Below, one piece after another: positions 1 through 10,457 of a DNA stretch of 64,000 bases. Both the position numbers and the translations under genes were made by a program. The notes below the pieces were generated by a model. The model made no database searches and had not been told where the DNA came from. It saw only the letters and a program-made list of their open reading frames with translations. The DNA is from an uncultured Verrucomicrobiae bacterium. Its GTDB lineage: Bacteria > Verrucomicrobiota > Verrucomicrobiia > Chthoniobacterales > JAFAMB01. Every line of letters starts with the position of its first letter. The stretch's first letter is position 1. The stretch spans positions 1,888,001 through 1,952,000 of the forward strand of contig CAWIPH010000002.1 of NCBI GenBank assembly GCA_963837955.1, in the 5' to 3' direction.

Positions 1-123
1 GGCATTGGATTGGCTACCGTTCAGCGTATTGTCCACCGACACGGAGGCAAAGCCTGGGCTGAGGGTCTGGTGGATAAGGGCGCAACCTTTTACTTCTCAC
101 TTTCCAAATCGGGGGGAATCTAA
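1..123 (+). CDS. C-terminal end of a sensor histidine kinase (HATPase_c), 5'-truncated by the window edge
   Basis: Frame 1 reads [34 protein letters not shown] (G2 box and GATFYF terminus of HATPase_c), directly upstream of a response regulator. Confidence 0.85.
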   Translation, partial: GIGLATVQRIVHRHGGKAWAEGLVDKGATFYFSLSKSGGI

Positions 124-126
124 CTT

Positions 127-579
127 ATGAGCGCCTTGGGACGTATCCTGTTGGTTGAAGATGACCCGAAAGACATCGAGCTTACGATAACGACCTTAGA
201 GGAGTACAACCTCGCCAATGAGGTTGTGGTGACTCGCGATGGCGAGGAGGCCCTGGATTATCTTTATCGCCGGGGAACCTTTGCTACCCGCTCGAATGAT
301 AATCCCGCTGTCCTGCTCCTCGATCTGAAATTACCAAGGGTCGATGGATTGGAGGTGCTGCAGCAGATCAAATCGGATGAGAAGCTCAGGATGATTCCCG
401 TGGTCGTGCTCACCTCTTCCCATGAAGAAAAAGACATGGTGGCGAGCTATAGGCTGGGCGTGAACGCCTATGTCGTAAAACCCGTGGATTTTCACGAGTT
501 TGTAAACGCCATTAGAGAACTCGGGGTTTTTTGGGCAATTATTAACGAGCCGCCACCAGGAAGCATAAAAACGAAGTAG
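127..579 (+). CDS. Single-domain response regulator (Rcp1/phytochrome-associated type)
   Basis: LLVEDD, LLDLKLP, VVVLTSS and YVVKPVDF receiver motifs; C-terminal FW typical of Rcp-type regulators. Confidence 0.88.
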   Translation: MSALGRILLVEDDPKDIELTITTLEEYNLANEVVVTRDGEEALDYLYRRGTFATRSNDNPAVLLLDLKLPRVDGLEVLQQIKSDEKLRMIPVVVLTSSHEEKDMVASYRLGVNAYVVKPVDFHEFVNAIRELGVFWAIINEPPPGSIKTK

Positions 580-586
580 CCTGGAA

Positions 587-2155
587 ATGAAATCCCAGTT
601 GCGCATTCTGTATCTTGAAGATGACCCCAAGGATGCGGAGCTCGTTCAGGAAACGCTAACGATCGACGGTATCAGGTGCCTGATAACGCGGGTTGAAACT
701 GAGGCTGATTTCGTCGCGTCACTCGAGCAGGGCGGGTTTGACTTGATTCTCGCAGACTATACCCTTCCCTCTTTCGATGGCCTGTCCGCATTGAGGATCG
801 CCCAGCAAGACTGGCCGCATGTGCCATTTATCTTTGTTTCTGGAACCTTAGGCGAAGAAGTGGTGATTGAAGCACTCAAGATCGGCGCGACAGATTATGT
901 TTTGAAGACGCGGCTGTCCAGGATCGTGCCCTCCGTGCGACGGGCGTTACGGGAAGCGGAGGAACGAATCGACCTCAGCCGAGCCGAAGAAGCCCTGCGA
1001 CGAAGTGAAGTTTATTTGGCCGAGGCGCAGAAGTTAAGCCACACAGGCAGCTTCGGCTGGGATGTTTCCAGCGGGAAAATTTTTTGGTCGCAGGAAACCT
1101 TTCGCATTTTTAAATACGACCCACCGACTGAACCTACGTTAGAACTGGTACTCCATCGAATTCACCCGGAAGACAGAGCGCAGGTCCGACAAGTAATTGA
1201 TCGCATTTCACTAGAGAGGAAGGATTTCGACTTTGAGCACCGGTTGTTGATGCCCAATGGATCGGTCAAATACCTCCGAGTTGTGGGTCATCCCTCAACC
1301 GAAGAAAAATCGGGCAACTTTGAATTCGTGGGCGCGGTGACGGACATCACCGAACGGAAACGGGCCGAAGAAGGGTTGGAGAAAGCGCAGGCGGAGTTGC
1401 TCCACGTGACGCGGGTGACAACCCTGGGGGAGCTGACCACCTCTATCGCTCATGAAATCAATCAACCGCTGGCCGCAGTGGTCAATAACGCCGGCGCCTG
1501 CCTGCGCTGGCTCGCGGCTCAGAACCTGGAGGAGGCCCGGCGGTCTGCCTCTCTTGTGATCGCAGACGGTCATCGAGCCGGCGAAATCATCGGCCGGATT
1601 CGCGCTCTGGCCAAGAAGGCGCCGCCGCAGAAGGACTGGCTCGATCTCAACGAAACTGTAGGTGAAGTCATCGCTATGGCGCGTAACGAAATGCAACGGA
1701 ATCGCGTGTCACTACAGACTAAACTCGCAAATGACCTACCCCTCCTGATGGGAGATAGAATCCAATTGCAACAAGTGATTCTCAATCTGCTAATCAACGC
1801 CATCGAAGCCATGAGTGGAGTGGGCGAGGATCCGCGCGAGCTGTGGGTCAGCTCGGAGAAAGTTGCTGAGATCAAATCGGAGGAAGGCACGTTCGCGGAT
1901 AGAGCCTTGGCCGAAGCTGATTGGACTTACGTATTGATTGCGGTGCGAGATTCGGGCCCCGGGCTGGATCCGAAGGGTCTCGATCGTCTTTTCGAGGCCT
2001 TCTATACGACTAAGCCTCAGGGCCTGGGCATGGGACTGGCGATCAGCCGTTCGATTATTGAAGCTCACGGAGGACGGCTTTGGGCGATGGCCAATGCGCC
2101 CAGAGGCGCCGTCTTTCAATTCGCGTTGCCGATTCGCGATGGGATGATGTTATGA
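587..2155 (+). CDS. Hybrid sensor kinase REC-PAS-HisKA-HATPase
   Basis: N-terminal receiver (LYLEDD, ILADY), PAS (IHPEDR, DITERK), H-box SIAHEINQPL, N-box NLLINAIEA, G boxes DSGPG and GLGMGL. Confidence 0.92.
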   Translation: MKSQLRILYLEDDPKDAELVQETLTIDGIRCLITRVETEADFVASLEQGGFDLILADYTLPSFDGLSALRIAQQDWPHVPFIFVSGTLGEEVVIEALKIGATDYVLKTRLSRIVPSVRRALREAEERIDLSRAEEALRRSEVYLAEAQKLSHTGSFGWDVSSGKIFWSQETFRIFKYDPPTEPTLELVLHRIHPEDRAQVRQVIDRISLERKDFDFEHRLLMPNGSVKYLRVVGHPSTEEKSGNFEFVGAVTDITERKRAEEGLEKAQAELLHVTRVTTLGELTTSIAHEINQPLAAVVNNAGACLRWLAAQNLEEARRSASLVIADGHRAGEIIGRIRALAKKAPPQKDWLDLNETVGEVIAMARNEMQRNRVSLQTKLANDLPLLMGDRIQLQQVILNLLINAIEAMSGVGEDPRELWVSSEKVAEIKSEEGTFADRALAEADWTYVLIAVRDSGPGLDPKGLDRLFEAFYTTKPQGLGMGLAISRSIIEAHGGRLWAMANAPRGAVFQFALPIRDGMML

Positions 2156-2778
2156 CGGAAACGGACGCCACGGTGTTCGTTGTTGATGATGATGCGCCGA
2201 TGCGCGAGTCACTCAAGAACCTCCTTCGGTCGGTAGGACTGCGGGCCGAGCTCTTCGCCTCGGCTCAGGAGTTCTTGCGGAGCAAGCGCCCGGACATGCC
2301 CAGCTGCCTCGTGCTCGATGTGCGGCTGCCGGGACTGAGCGGGCTTGATCTGCAACGGCGAACGACTGAGGCCGGGGTGGAAATTCCCATTATCTTCATC
2401 ACTGGCCATGGCGATATCCCGATGAGCGTCCGCGCGATGAAAGCCGGGGCCGTGGAATTTTTGACCAAGCCTTTCCGTGACCAGGATTTACTCGATGCTA
2501 TTCAGCAAGCGCTGGAACGGGACCGCCAAGCTCGCGACCAGCGGGCCGCGATTGAAGAACTGCGTAGTCGGTATGCCTCGCTCACCCCGCGCGAGCGCGA
2601 AGTGATGGCGCGCGTAGTTGCCGGCCTCCTCAACAAGCAGATAGGCGGGGAACTGGGTACGAGCGAGACCACAGTCAAAATTCACCGCCATCAGGTGATG
2701 GAAAAGATGGGAGCCGGTTCCCTGCCCGAGTTGGTCAGGATGGCTGATAGGCTCGGAATCCTCGTCCCAAAGTCGTAG
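2152..2778 (+). CDS. FixJ/NodW-type response regulator (REC + LuxR HTH)
   Basis: VVDDD, LDVRLP, LTPREREV..NKQI..TVKIHR; ATG at 2152 overlaps the kinase stop (ATGA). Confidence 0.93.
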   Translation: MTETDATVFVVDDDAPMRESLKNLLRSVGLRAELFASAQEFLRSKRPDMPSCLVLDVRLPGLSGLDLQRRTTEAGVEIPIIFITGHGDIPMSVRAMKAGAVEFLTKPFRDQDLLDAIQQALERDRQARDQRAAIEELRSRYASLTPREREVMARVVAGLLNKQIGGELGTSETTVKIHRHQVMEKMGAGSLPELVRMADRLGILVPKS

Positions 2779-2939
2779 TCGCCTGTACCAAAGTGAAATA
2801 GAAGTTCTGGCCAGCGTAACTTACCCTGTTTCTGCGCCTGACCCTCAGCCCCCAAACTAGAACGGCCAGGGTGATTGATTTCTACGGTCGGCAACAGTCC
2901 GGCGAAATATGAATTCGGGAAAGGAGCGACAGACTTTGG

Positions 2940-3311
2940 ATGGCAAGTATTCCCCTCATTTCGATTGTTGACGACGACGACGCCCTCAGAAGTTCGCTCG
3001 AGAATCTAATCCGATCATTCGGATTGCGCGCGCAAGGTTTTTCGTCGGCGGAAGCTTTCTTGAGGTCGAATCAAGTGCATGAAACGGACTGCCTGATTCT
3101 CGATGTGCGCATGCCTGGCATGAGCGGACTCGAGCTCCAGCGTCAGATGGCTGTGGCCAACTCGCACTTGCCGATCATCTTTATCACCTCGCACCAAGAT
3201 GACGATCGGCGAACGCAAGCCCTTGAAGCGGGCGCGGTGGCGTTTTTGTACAAACCCTTCTACGAGGGAGAACTACTCAATGCGATCGATACGGCCCTTA
3301 AAGATTCGTGA
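2940..3311 (+). CDS. Single-domain response regulator
   Basis: IVDDD, LDVRMPGMSG and LYKPF motifs; no output domain. Confidence 0.9.
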   Translation: MASIPLISIVDDDDALRSSLENLIRSFGLRAQGFSSAEAFLRSNQVHETDCLILDVRMPGMSGLELQRQMAVANSHLPIIFITSHQDDDRRTQALEAGAVAFLYKPFYEGELLNAIDTALKDS

Positions 3312-3423
3312 GGTCCGGCGCGCCAAGCCGGTCATCTCTAAGCATCCTGCAGATCAAGGAGTTATTTGTCGACCTCCTAGTCCGTTGCGTGTGGCCCGTG
3401 GCCTGCCAACGGAGATCGGCATC

Positions 3424-5043
3424 ATGAACGGCATCGAAGCCGTGACAGAAGCAGACGCCATGGTTTTCGTCGTCGATGATGATGTGTCGATGCGCGCGTC
3501 ACTCGAGAACCTCGTTCGCTCGATTGGGCTGCGGGTCAAGGTCTTTGCCTCAGCTGAGGAGTTCTTGCGGAGCAAGCGCCCCGATGTGCCCGCCTGCCTG
3601 CTGCTCGATGTGCAGCTGCCCGGACTGAGCGGGCTTGATCTGCAGAGTCGAATGACTGAGATCGCCATGGAAATTCCCATTATCTTCATGACCGGACATG
3701 GCGATATCCCGACGAGCGTCCGGGCGATGAAAGCCGGGGCAGTGACGTTTTTGATCAAGCCTTTCGGCGACCAGGCCTTGATCGATGCAATTCAACAAGG
3801 GATCGAACGCGATCGCGTGACGCGGCGGCGTCTAGCCAAGTTAACGGAGGCAAACGCAGCACTTCGCGGATGTCTCGATGCGCTTGCCTCGGTACCCGAA
3901 CTGGATGACTTCCTTGGGCAAGTGCTGGCTGCGATCACCCGGCAGTTGGGTGCGGTTTCATCTACGTTAAGAGTGCGTAATTTCGAGCAAAACACCCTGT
4001 CGCTGGAGTTGGTCTTCCAGGAGGGCCGAGTGATGGCTCCGGATGAAGCGAAATATCCCGAACGCTGGCGGTCTGTGTCGCTGGAGCAATTCGATCCCGA
4101 TTTCCTATGCCACTCTGCTTGTAAGCGAACTAAAGACGAACAACGTGTCGCCACTTTTTTGGATCCGCCGGCCGCCATTATTCGTGTTCTTGATCCGCAT
4201 TCGCCAATGCCTGACGATCAACGCTCCTATTTGCGTGAGCTTGGTGTAAAGACGGTGTTGATCATTCCGTTGGCTTCACGTGGACAGGCTAACGGGCGGT
4301 TGACCTTTCGTTTTACCGAGGAGCGTGATTTTCACCCGGAGGAACTCGAAATCGCGAGAGCCTTAGCAATTCAAGCCAGCCTGGCAATTCAGCTTATACG
4401 ATTGGCGAAAGCCGCCAGACAATCCGCAGTTCTTGAGGAGCGAAATCGACTCGCCGGTGAAATTCACGATTCGCTGGCTCAGAATTTCGCCGGAATCTCT
4501 TTGCAGCTATTTGCAGCTGAGGAGGACATTAAGACGAAGCGCAGCGATGGCCTAAATTACCTAGAAAGGGCAAATAACATCGCACGATTTGGGCTGGCGG
4601 AGGCGCGCCGCACGGCGCTAAGCCTTCATCCGTTTATTTTGGATAAGATCGGATTGAGCAAGAGCATCCAGATGCTGGTTGAACGTTCGAACGTTCCGGG
4701 CCGGTTGCGATGTAGCTTGTTGGCAAATGATTCACTGACCGACGCTCTGCCGCCGGAAACGCAGCAGCATCTTTTGCGGCTCGCTCAGGAAGCAATCAGC
4801 AACGCAGTTCGCCACGCCAATCCAACGACCATCTCAGTGAGTCTTCGGTGCGATCGCGACCATTTAGAGCTCCAGATCCGAGATAACGGTTGCGGTATTT
4901 CTGCCGCTAAGCTGCTGCGTCAGAACGGCTTCGGGCTGACCAATATGCAGAACCGTGCGAAGAAAATCGGAGCTAGCTTAGACATTCGCACCGGCGTCGG
5001 CGGCGGCACAGCCATCGCCGTGAGGCTGCCTCTCAATGCATAA
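3424..5043 (+). CDS. Hybrid kinase REC-GAF-HisKA_3-HATPase
   Basis: FixJ-like receiver, GAF region, ERNRLAGEIHDSLAQ H-box (NarX/HisKA_3 type), QEAISNAVRHA, DNGCG, GFGL; start placed at ATG 3424, inside the longer 3199 ORF. Confidence 0.88.
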   Translation: MNGIEAVTEADAMVFVVDDDVSMRASLENLVRSIGLRVKVFASAEEFLRSKRPDVPACLLLDVQLPGLSGLDLQSRMTEIAMEIPIIFMTGHGDIPTSVRAMKAGAVTFLIKPFGDQALIDAIQQGIERDRVTRRRLAKLTEANAALRGCLDALASVPELDDFLGQVLAAITRQLGAVSSTLRVRNFEQNTLSLELVFQEGRVMAPDEAKYPERWRSVSLEQFDPDFLCHSACKRTKDEQRVATFLDPPAAIIRVLDPHSPMPDDQRSYLRELGVKTVLIIPLASRGQANGRLTFRFTEERDFHPEELEIARALAIQASLAIQLIRLAKAARQSAVLEERNRLAGEIHDSLAQNFAGISLQLFAAEEDIKTKRSDGLNYLERANNIARFGLAEARRTALSLHPFILDKIGLSKSIQMLVERSNVPGRLRCSLLANDSLTDALPPETQQHLLRLAQEAISNAVRHANPTTISVSLRCDRDHLELQIRDNGCGISAAKLLRQNGFGLTNMQNRAKKIGASLDIRTGVGGGTAIAVRLPLNA

Positions 5044-5090
5044 CCCTTCAGAAAAAGCATGAACCTTGGCAGTCCGGCAAACGGCACACG

Positions 5091-5528
5091 TTATGAGGTT
5101 GAGACTCGGAGAACTGCTTTACCTCGGCTAGTCTTCTTGATTGGAAAATACGCCCGAGCTGCCTCCTCAAGCGGGATCACTTCGCTGAAAAAAGGCCGGA
5201 TAATTCCTGCATCAATAAGCTTTGCCAGTTCGATAAGTTGCTGTCGTTTGGTCTCGACGATAAAAAAAGCCTCTTTGACTTTGGGGTCTTCACTGGATTC
5301 AGAGTTGGCGGCGATAGGCACGACACGGCCGCCCCTTTTGATAGCATTGAACGAACGGGCCAATGTATCGCTGCCGACCAGGTCCAGAATGAGGTCGGCA
5401 TCATTCACGACCTCTTCAAACCTTGATTTTCGGTAGTCGATGACTTCCTTGGCGCCCAAGTTTTTGACAAACTCAGCGTTCCCTTCAGAAACAGTCGTCG
5501 CAACAAACGCGCCCTTCCAAGTCGCCAT
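5091..5528 (-). pseudogene. C-terminal fragment of an NADP-dependent (quinone-oxidoreductase-like, MDR) oxidoreductase
   Basis: LGAKEVIDY, DLVGSDTL and RGKAVL match the MDR C-terminal domain; the N-terminal GroES-like domain and the Rossmann glycine motif are missing. Confidence 0.7.
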
Positions 5529-5753
5529 GCTCTTGTGTTTACGTTGCTGAATCCAAGGATACTACTCCTACACGAGGACTTTGAAATCCGAGTGAATTTA
5601 CTCGGTTTAGCGCGCCCCGGCGATCTTCAAAGACGTCGCATTTCACTCGCTCGGGCAGGCTCTGCGACACTTAGAGCAGCTTCGTTGCATTTTCTGCAAT
5701 GGAGAGACTTTCAGACACTTGGAGTACGGCTCTAACCCACGTCGGCCAAGATA

Positions 5754-5771
5754 TAATGGACCAGTCTATTA
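5754..5771. promoter_or_regulatory. Putative TetR operator upstream of the tetR gene
   Basis: TAATGGACCAGTCTATTA, an imperfect palindrome nearly identical to the site at 6437. Confidence 0.65.
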
Positions 5772-5803
5772 AAGATATGGCATATTGGACGAGGCTATTG
5801 AAA

Positions 5804-6388
5804 ATGGCGGTGCAGACTACCCGCGAACACCTGATCGAGATCGGCCTTGAGCGCATCCACAAAATTGGATACGCGGCCACCGGCGTAAAGGAAATCCTTG
5901 ATCTGGCCGGAGTTCCCAAGGGTTCCTTCTATCACTACTTTCCTAGCAAAGAGGCCTTTGCCCAGGAAGTTCTCGAGCGCTACGGGTCCAGAGAAGCTCA
6001 GAGGTTGGAAACTATTCTCGGTGACGATAAACTGCCGCCCTTAAAACGCCTGCGTAAGTACTTCAACGAGCTGATCTCGGTGTATGGCCAGAACGGTCCT
6101 GTCCGCGGTTGTCTGTTCGGCAATATGAGCGTCGAAGTAGCCGAGCACAGCTCCGCCATTCAATCTCTGCTCAGCAGCGCCTTCGGTTCCTGGCAACAAG
6201 CGATCGCTGTTTTGCTGCGTTCAGCTGTGGATCAGGGTGACCTGCCTCGATCCACGAAAGTAGACGAACTCGCCTCGTTCCTGCTCAATAGCTATGAGGG
6301 GGCTCTGGTCCGGTCTAAGGCGGAAAAGAGTGATCAACCACTCGAGACTTTCATCTACTTCGCCTTCAAAGTTCTGCTTAAGAAGTAG
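5804..6388 (+). CDS. TetR/AcrR family regulator (NemR-like)
   Basis: GYAATGVKEIL..AGVPKGSFYHYFPSKE HTH and GCLFGN C-terminal motif. Confidence 0.92.
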   Translation: MAVQTTREHLIEIGLERIHKIGYAATGVKEILDLAGVPKGSFYHYFPSKEAFAQEVLERYGSREAQRLETILGDDKLPPLKRLRKYFNELISVYGQNGPVRGCLFGNMSVEVAEHSSAIQSLLSSAFGSWQQAIAVLLRSAVDQGDLPRSTKVDELASFLLNSYEGALVRSKAEKSDQPLETFIYFAFKVLLKK

Positions 6389-6426
6389 GCTCGGCGCTGC
6401 CGTCAGCAATTAACAAAAAAGATTTC

Positions 6427-6455
6427 TTGCATCTACTAATCGACCGGTCTATTTG
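6427..6455 (+). promoter_or_regulatory. Sigma70-like promoter with a TetR operator in the spacer
   Basis: TTGCAT-17nt-TATTTG enclosing TAATCGACCGGTCTATTT (6437-6454). Confidence 0.6.
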
Positions 6456-6506
6456 AGGTCACGAACCGATTACTCCGGTTCAAATTTCAATCCAACCGAG
6501 ACTATT

Positions 6507-7316
6507 ATGAATGCTCAGCTTTCTAAAGGCACCGCCGTTATCACCGGTGCTTCCTCCGGCATCGGCGCAGTTTATGCCGACCGCCTGGCTCATCGCGGCT
6601 ATGACCTGCTCCTGGTCGCTCGTGACCAGAAACGCCTCTCTAACCGCGCAGCTAACCTTACCTCGAAAACCGGTCGCACGGTGCAGATCCTTCCGGCAGA
6701 TCTCACTCTCAGGTCAGACCTGCTCCGCGTGGAGGAACGTCTCCGCTCTGATCATACTGTCACCGCTCTAGTCAACAACGCGGGCTTCGGTGCGACCTCC
6801 AAGCTTATCGATTCCAAAATTGAAGAGCTCGAGAATATGATTCAGCTCAACGTGACGGCTCTTACCCGCCTTACTGCTGCCGTCCTTCCTGGTTTACTTG
6901 AGCGCGGCCAGGGCCTCATCATCAACATCGCTTCCATCGTTGCTCTCGCGCCGGAGCTGCTCAACGGGACTTACAGCGGCACCAAGGCATATGTGGTCAA
7001 CCTCACTCAATCCCTCCATCACGAGGTAGGAGACAAAGGAATACAGGTCCAGGCAGTCCTACCTGGTGCCACCGGCACCGAGTTCTGGGATCGCGCGGGG
7101 CTTCCCGTACATAATCTTCCTGAGCAGGCCGTCATGACCGCCGAGGAAATGGTTGATGCATCGCTCGCCGGCCTTGATCAGCAGGAGCTAGTTACCATCC
7201 CCTCCTTACCGAACATCGCGGACTGGCAGAAGTTCGACGCTGCCCGCCTCGCTCTCGGTCCCAACCTCTCCCACAAGCAGGCGGCAGATCGCTATCGCCT
7301 CCATAGCGTAAGGTAG
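6507..7316 (+). CDS. Short-chain dehydrogenase/reductase
   Basis: TGASSGIG, NNAGFG, YSGTK catalytic YxxxK. Confidence 0.93.
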   Translation: MNAQLSKGTAVITGASSGIGAVYADRLAHRGYDLLLVARDQKRLSNRAANLTSKTGRTVQILPADLTLRSDLLRVEERLRSDHTVTALVNNAGFGATSKLIDSKIEELENMIQLNVTALTRLTAAVLPGLLERGQGLIINIASIVALAPELLNGTYSGTKAYVVNLTQSLHHEVGDKGIQVQAVLPGATGTEFWDRAGLPVHNLPEQAVMTAEEMVDASLAGLDQQELVTIPSLPNIADWQKFDAARLALGPNLSHKQAADRYRLHSVR

Positions 7317-7468
7317 GCCGATCAACCCGCGGCGGGAGTTAAGGGCGGTCGTAGCGCCGCCCGGCCACATTTTGCGTGCCGATACATTGTTTGGTGGCAA
7401 GGAAGCGCCGAACTCTGGTTGTGGCCCGGCGTTATCGGCGCTTCCGGCGTTCCCGGCGTTGCGACGAT

Positions 7469-9112
7469 TCATCCCCCTGGCTGGCATAAGCAGGAGCTCG
7501 TTATCTGCGTATCGGCCTTGGCCCAGATCTTGTGAAAACGCGCTTCCACCAACGCAGCTTCGTCGTTCTTGTGTTGCAGCTCTAGGCTGCGGGCCAGGCC
7601 ATAGAGCGACCAGCCGTTTTCCGGCAAGCGCGCAAGGTCATCACGGTAAACCTGTTCCGCTTCAGTGTAGCGGCCGGCTTGCATCAAGTTGGCTCCAAGA
7701 GAATGGCGCACCGGCAGAATCCATCCGGGTGGCTCATCGTAATGCAGTGCGTCTTCCGCGTTTATCGCAGCGCGCAGTTGGCTCAAGCCTTCGTCGAGCT
7801 TGCCTTCGCGAACCAAGATCTCGCCTTCGAGCATCGGAGTCGTAATTGCGAGCAGAGCTTGACACGGGTTATTGCCAAAGAGGTCGTCCGCCGGCACCAG
7901 CTTGCTGGCTTCCAGGTAAGCGGTTTGTTCCGTGCGCGCCAATTTGACGTCCCCCTTCGCGGCAAACGCAATCCCGCGCGCCGCATGCCGAAACGCGCGT
8001 GTAAATACCATGAACTCCGGATGATCGGGCTCGACCAGAATCTCGTCCCACATCCCGAAACGGATGAGTACTTCGTACGGCATGGCGACAAATGCCTCGC
8101 CGAGCATCGCATATTCTTTTACTACCTCTTCCGGCATGCCTGTCACCATCGCGCGAATGTGTTCGACGGCGAGGTCCCGCTGGCCGGTCATCATGGCGGC
8201 ATATGCAAGCATATGCTGGTTATGCGCCGCATAGAATACGATGAGACCTTTCGGTTCCCCAACGATCGCGCGGTAACGCTGATCGGCCTCGACGGCCTTT
8301 AAGTTCGCGGTGATGGCCTCATACCAGTGACCGATACGAATATCGATGTGCGACGGCATATGAACATTGTGAGCTATTCCCGGTTGGAGGTCGCGCATCC
8401 GGTCAGCCTCTGCCAGCGCGCGCTCAGGATGCGGCGACGCTTCCAAGGCATGAATGTAGAGGTGGTTCGCAAATGGATGATACAGATTGAGCTTCAATAC
8501 CTGGTCGAGCGTTGCCAGAATCTCCTCGGTACCGGGTTGCGGCTGCCCGTCGCGAGTCCACTGGTCCCATGGGCGCAAATCCATCATGGCCTCGGCAAAA
8601 AGTACGCCCACGTCGAGATCATTCGGGTGCGCTTTCCAAACCGCACGCATGGCATCGGCATACGCCTGATCGAGCGGACCGCGATCGTCCGGCTGCGGAT
8701 TGGCATAGCGAGCGGTAAGCGCTTCGATCAGCGCTTGCTCTACCGGTGACGCGTGCGCTGCGTGCTCTTGGGCGAGCCCGAGTTCCTTCCACGCGAGCGC
8801 AGCCGCTGGCGGCGGCACCAGCGGGAAATTGATATGTGGCCCGGACGCTAGCGCTATCCCCCAATGGGCCATCGCGCAGTCCGGATCAAGCGTCGCTGCC
8901 GCGTTAAATGCCCGAATCGCAGCGCCGTGGTTGAAGCCGAAATAGAAGTTAAGTCCCTGGTTAAAATATTTTTGGGCTTCGGGGGAAGTGGTTGTGACTG
9001 TGCGCGTGTACGAGCCGAGGCCGTCAAAGAACGGTTCTTGGGCGCCGTAGGTCCGCATACTTGCGAGCGCAATCGCACAGCAGAGGTTAACAAGCAGTGT
9101 AATTGGTCTCAT
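7469..9112 (-). CDS. Secreted TPR-repeat protein
   Basis: Signal-peptide-like start MRPITLLVNLCCAIALA; AQKYFNQGL, DPDCAMAHWG and HMPSHI motifs; helical repeats. Confidence 0.75.
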   Translation of the reverse strand: MRPITLLVNLCCAIALASMRTYGAQEPFFDGLGSYTRTVTTTSPEAQKYFNQGLNFYFGFNHGAAIRAFNAAATLDPDCAMAHWGIALASGPHINFPLVPPPAAALAWKELGLAQEHAAHASPVEQALIEALTARYANPQPDDRGPLDQAYADAMRAVWKAHPNDLDVGVLFAEAMMDLRPWDQWTRDGQPQPGTEEILATLDQVLKLNLYHPFANHLYIHALEASPHPERALAEADRMRDLQPGIAHNVHMPSHIDIRIGHWYEAITANLKAVEADQRYRAIVGEPKGLIVFYAAHNQHMLAYAAMMTGQRDLAVEHIRAMVTGMPEEVVKEYAMLGEAFVAMPYEVLIRFGMWDEILVEPDHPEFMVFTRAFRHAARGIAFAAKGDVKLARTEQTAYLEASKLVPADDLFGNNPCQALLAITTPMLEGEILVREGKLDEGLSQLRAAINAEDALHYDEPPGWILPVRHSLGANLMQAGRYTEAEQVYRDDLARLPENGWSLYGLARSLELQHKNDEAALVEARFHKIWAKADTQITSSCLCQPGG

Positions 9113-9484
9113 GCCGATGTTGGTTACGTGGGGAGGCTCCGCGTCCCGAGGGCGTACACAAATTCTAAGTTTTAACAAAGGCGCGATCGGGCATGTAAAA
9201 AACTTGCCGGTGACTAGCCATCTACCGTTCGCCCCTGGCTTCGTGCGAATAAAGGGCAAGATAGTGGAATCCAGCCGCTTTTTGTCCCGATTGCCGCATT
9301 CCCGGTCCGAACTGCCGCAACGGCACACCGATCCGTCTGCAACGGTGCAACTTCCTTGATTGGAATAAGCCAAAATTATATAACGTTGGAAATAAGTTTA
9401 TCTGTCTTTGCGTGAAATGCGACGGAAGGTGCATTACTGCCGCCTTTCTCCATGGTCTTTGCTGCAGGTAGTATCGCTACCCAT

Positions 9485-10444
9485 ATGCCCATCCTCGCTT
9501 CTCGTTTTCACCCGCCGGCATTCCTACACAACGGGCACATCCAGACGGTCCTACCTGTGCTTTTGCCTCGGCGGTTGAGGATCGCTTTTGAACACGAGCG
9601 GTTGGAACTGGAAGACGGCGATTTCCTTGATCTCGACTGGGCGCGAATAGGCCGAGGTAAATTGGCGATACTGTCGCATGGGTTGGAGGGGTGCTCTGAC
9701 GATAGTTATATTCGGGGTATGGCGACCTCGCTCTATGCGGCGGGATGGGATGTGCTTGCGTGGAATCTCCGCAGCTGCGGGAAAGAGATGAATCGGCTGC
9801 CACGGTCTTATCACAGCGGCGAAACTGGCGATCTGGGGGCGGTGATTCGGTTCGCGGCCACGAAATATTCGCGGATCGCGCTGATTGGATTCAGCCTGGG
9901 GGGGAACTTTACTCTGAAGTATCTCGGCGAAGGCAGGCCGCATGCGTCGGTGATTGGTGCGGTGGCGATCTCCGTGCCGATCGATCTTGCTGCCACCGCG
10001 CGAGCCCTCGATCAACGTTGGAGCAATCGGATCTATCTGCGGCGCTTTATCAAAAGCCTGGTCGCTAAAGTTGAAACCAAGGCGGTTAGATTTCCTGACC
10101 AGGTGGACGCGAGTTGGAGCCGAACGATCCGGACGTTCCAGGAATTCGACGATCGCTATACCGCACCGATCCATGGTTTTCGAGATGCAGCGGATTACTG
10201 GAAGAAGTCAAGCGCGCGGCAGTATCTGGATCGAATAACAGTTCCGACTCTGCTTTTGAACGCTTCTAATGATCCCTTTCTCACACCGGGATGCTTTCCC
10301 TTTGCGGAAGCAGAACAGAATTCTTGTCTCTTCTTCGAAGCGCCAGAATCGGGAGGCCATGTCGGATTTGTTGATTTGACCCGCGGCAGCGAGCCCTGGT
10401 CCGAGCGGCGCGTTGTTGAGTTTCTGGCGATGTCCGTGCTTTAG
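9485..10444 (+). CDS. YheT-like alpha/beta-fold hydrolase
   Basis: NGHIQT, HGLEG, GFSLGG nucleophile, NDPF, GGHVGF; alternative start at 9452. Confidence 0.88.
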   Translation: MPILASRFHPPAFLHNGHIQTVLPVLLPRRLRIAFEHERLELEDGDFLDLDWARIGRGKLAILSHGLEGCSDDSYIRGMATSLYAAGWDVLAWNLRSCGKEMNRLPRSYHSGETGDLGAVIRFAATKYSRIALIGFSLGGNFTLKYLGEGRPHASVIGAVAISVPIDLAATARALDQRWSNRIYLRRFIKSLVAKVETKAVRFPDQVDASWSRTIRTFQEFDDRYTAPIHGFRDAADYWKKSSARQYLDRITVPTLLLNASNDPFLTPGCFPFAEAEQNSCLFFEAPESGGHVGFVDLTRGSEPWSERRVVEFLAMSVL

Positions 10445-10457
10445 AATTGGTGCCTGA

